Origin: Eledone cirrhosa
Taxonomy: Eukaryota
Reading direction: 5' to 3'
NCBI GenBank assembly: GCA_964016885.1
Contig: OZ024763.1
Coordinates: forward strand, 15,004,001-15,068,000
DNA: 64,000 nucleotides
Shown here in pieces: positions 63,760 to 64,000 of the stretch (its first letter is position 1; every line of letters starts with the position of its first letter). The position numbers were made by a program, and so were the translations under genes. The notes beneath the pieces are model-generated. The model had not been told where the DNA came from, ran no database searches, and saw only the letters and a program-made list of their open reading frames with translations.

Positions 63760-64000
63760 GAACTTTCCAGAACATGTCTAAGAAAAAATGTCTAATGAAA
63801 GAATCGCTGGACAGATTTTAAAGGCAAAACCAAATGGCAGGAGGCCCGAGGGTAGACCCCGAACAAGATGGTTGGATAACATCCATGAGCTTGGCTGGTC
63901 TCGCTTGGGGGATCCAGCCGGGTTAATTGGAAACGGTTGCTTATGGTAGGGGCTGCTGGAGGGAATGTTTGAGGACTCTGCCCTCCCACAACCTTTCAGA
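63760..64000 (+). mobile_element. Second fragment of the same RTE-like LINE family
   Basis: ERIAGQILKAKPNGRRPEGRPRTRWLDNIHELGWSRLG, homologous to 62310-62430. Confidence 0.7.

Overview
This is eukaryotic, extremely repeat-rich DNA. The SINE, RTE and microsatellite content points to a cephalopod such as octopus, but that is an inference. The only host gene I can support is an unconventional myosin XVIII (MYO18A-like) on the minus strand. Eleven GT-AG exons with mutually consistent phases (32147 down to 2060) encode the SH3-like N-terminal region and the first part of the motor domain; the gene continues beyond the left edge. A probable alternative first coding exon at 53394-53492 would give a PDZ-less isoform. 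The introns hold RTE, R4/Dong and CR1 LINE pieces, two tRNA-derived SINE families (CORE-type with an RTE tail, and Meta-type), and Tc1/mariner, Tc2/pogo-like, piggyBac-like and Helitron-like non-autonomous DNA elements, plus about 25 tandem arrays. Four observations stand out: (1) several hammerhead-ribozyme motifs, one nearly canonical on the gene's strand, often at the turn of long inverted repeats (Penelope-like architecture); (2) a 1.5-kb satellite built from the 3' end and splice donor of a myosin exon; (3) at least four independent minisatellites seeded from the same spot in the RTE/SINE tail; (4) DNA transposons swollen by internal satellites. Almost all long ORFs in the track are translations of simple repeats. 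Coordinates were counted by hand; repeat and transposon edges are approximate.
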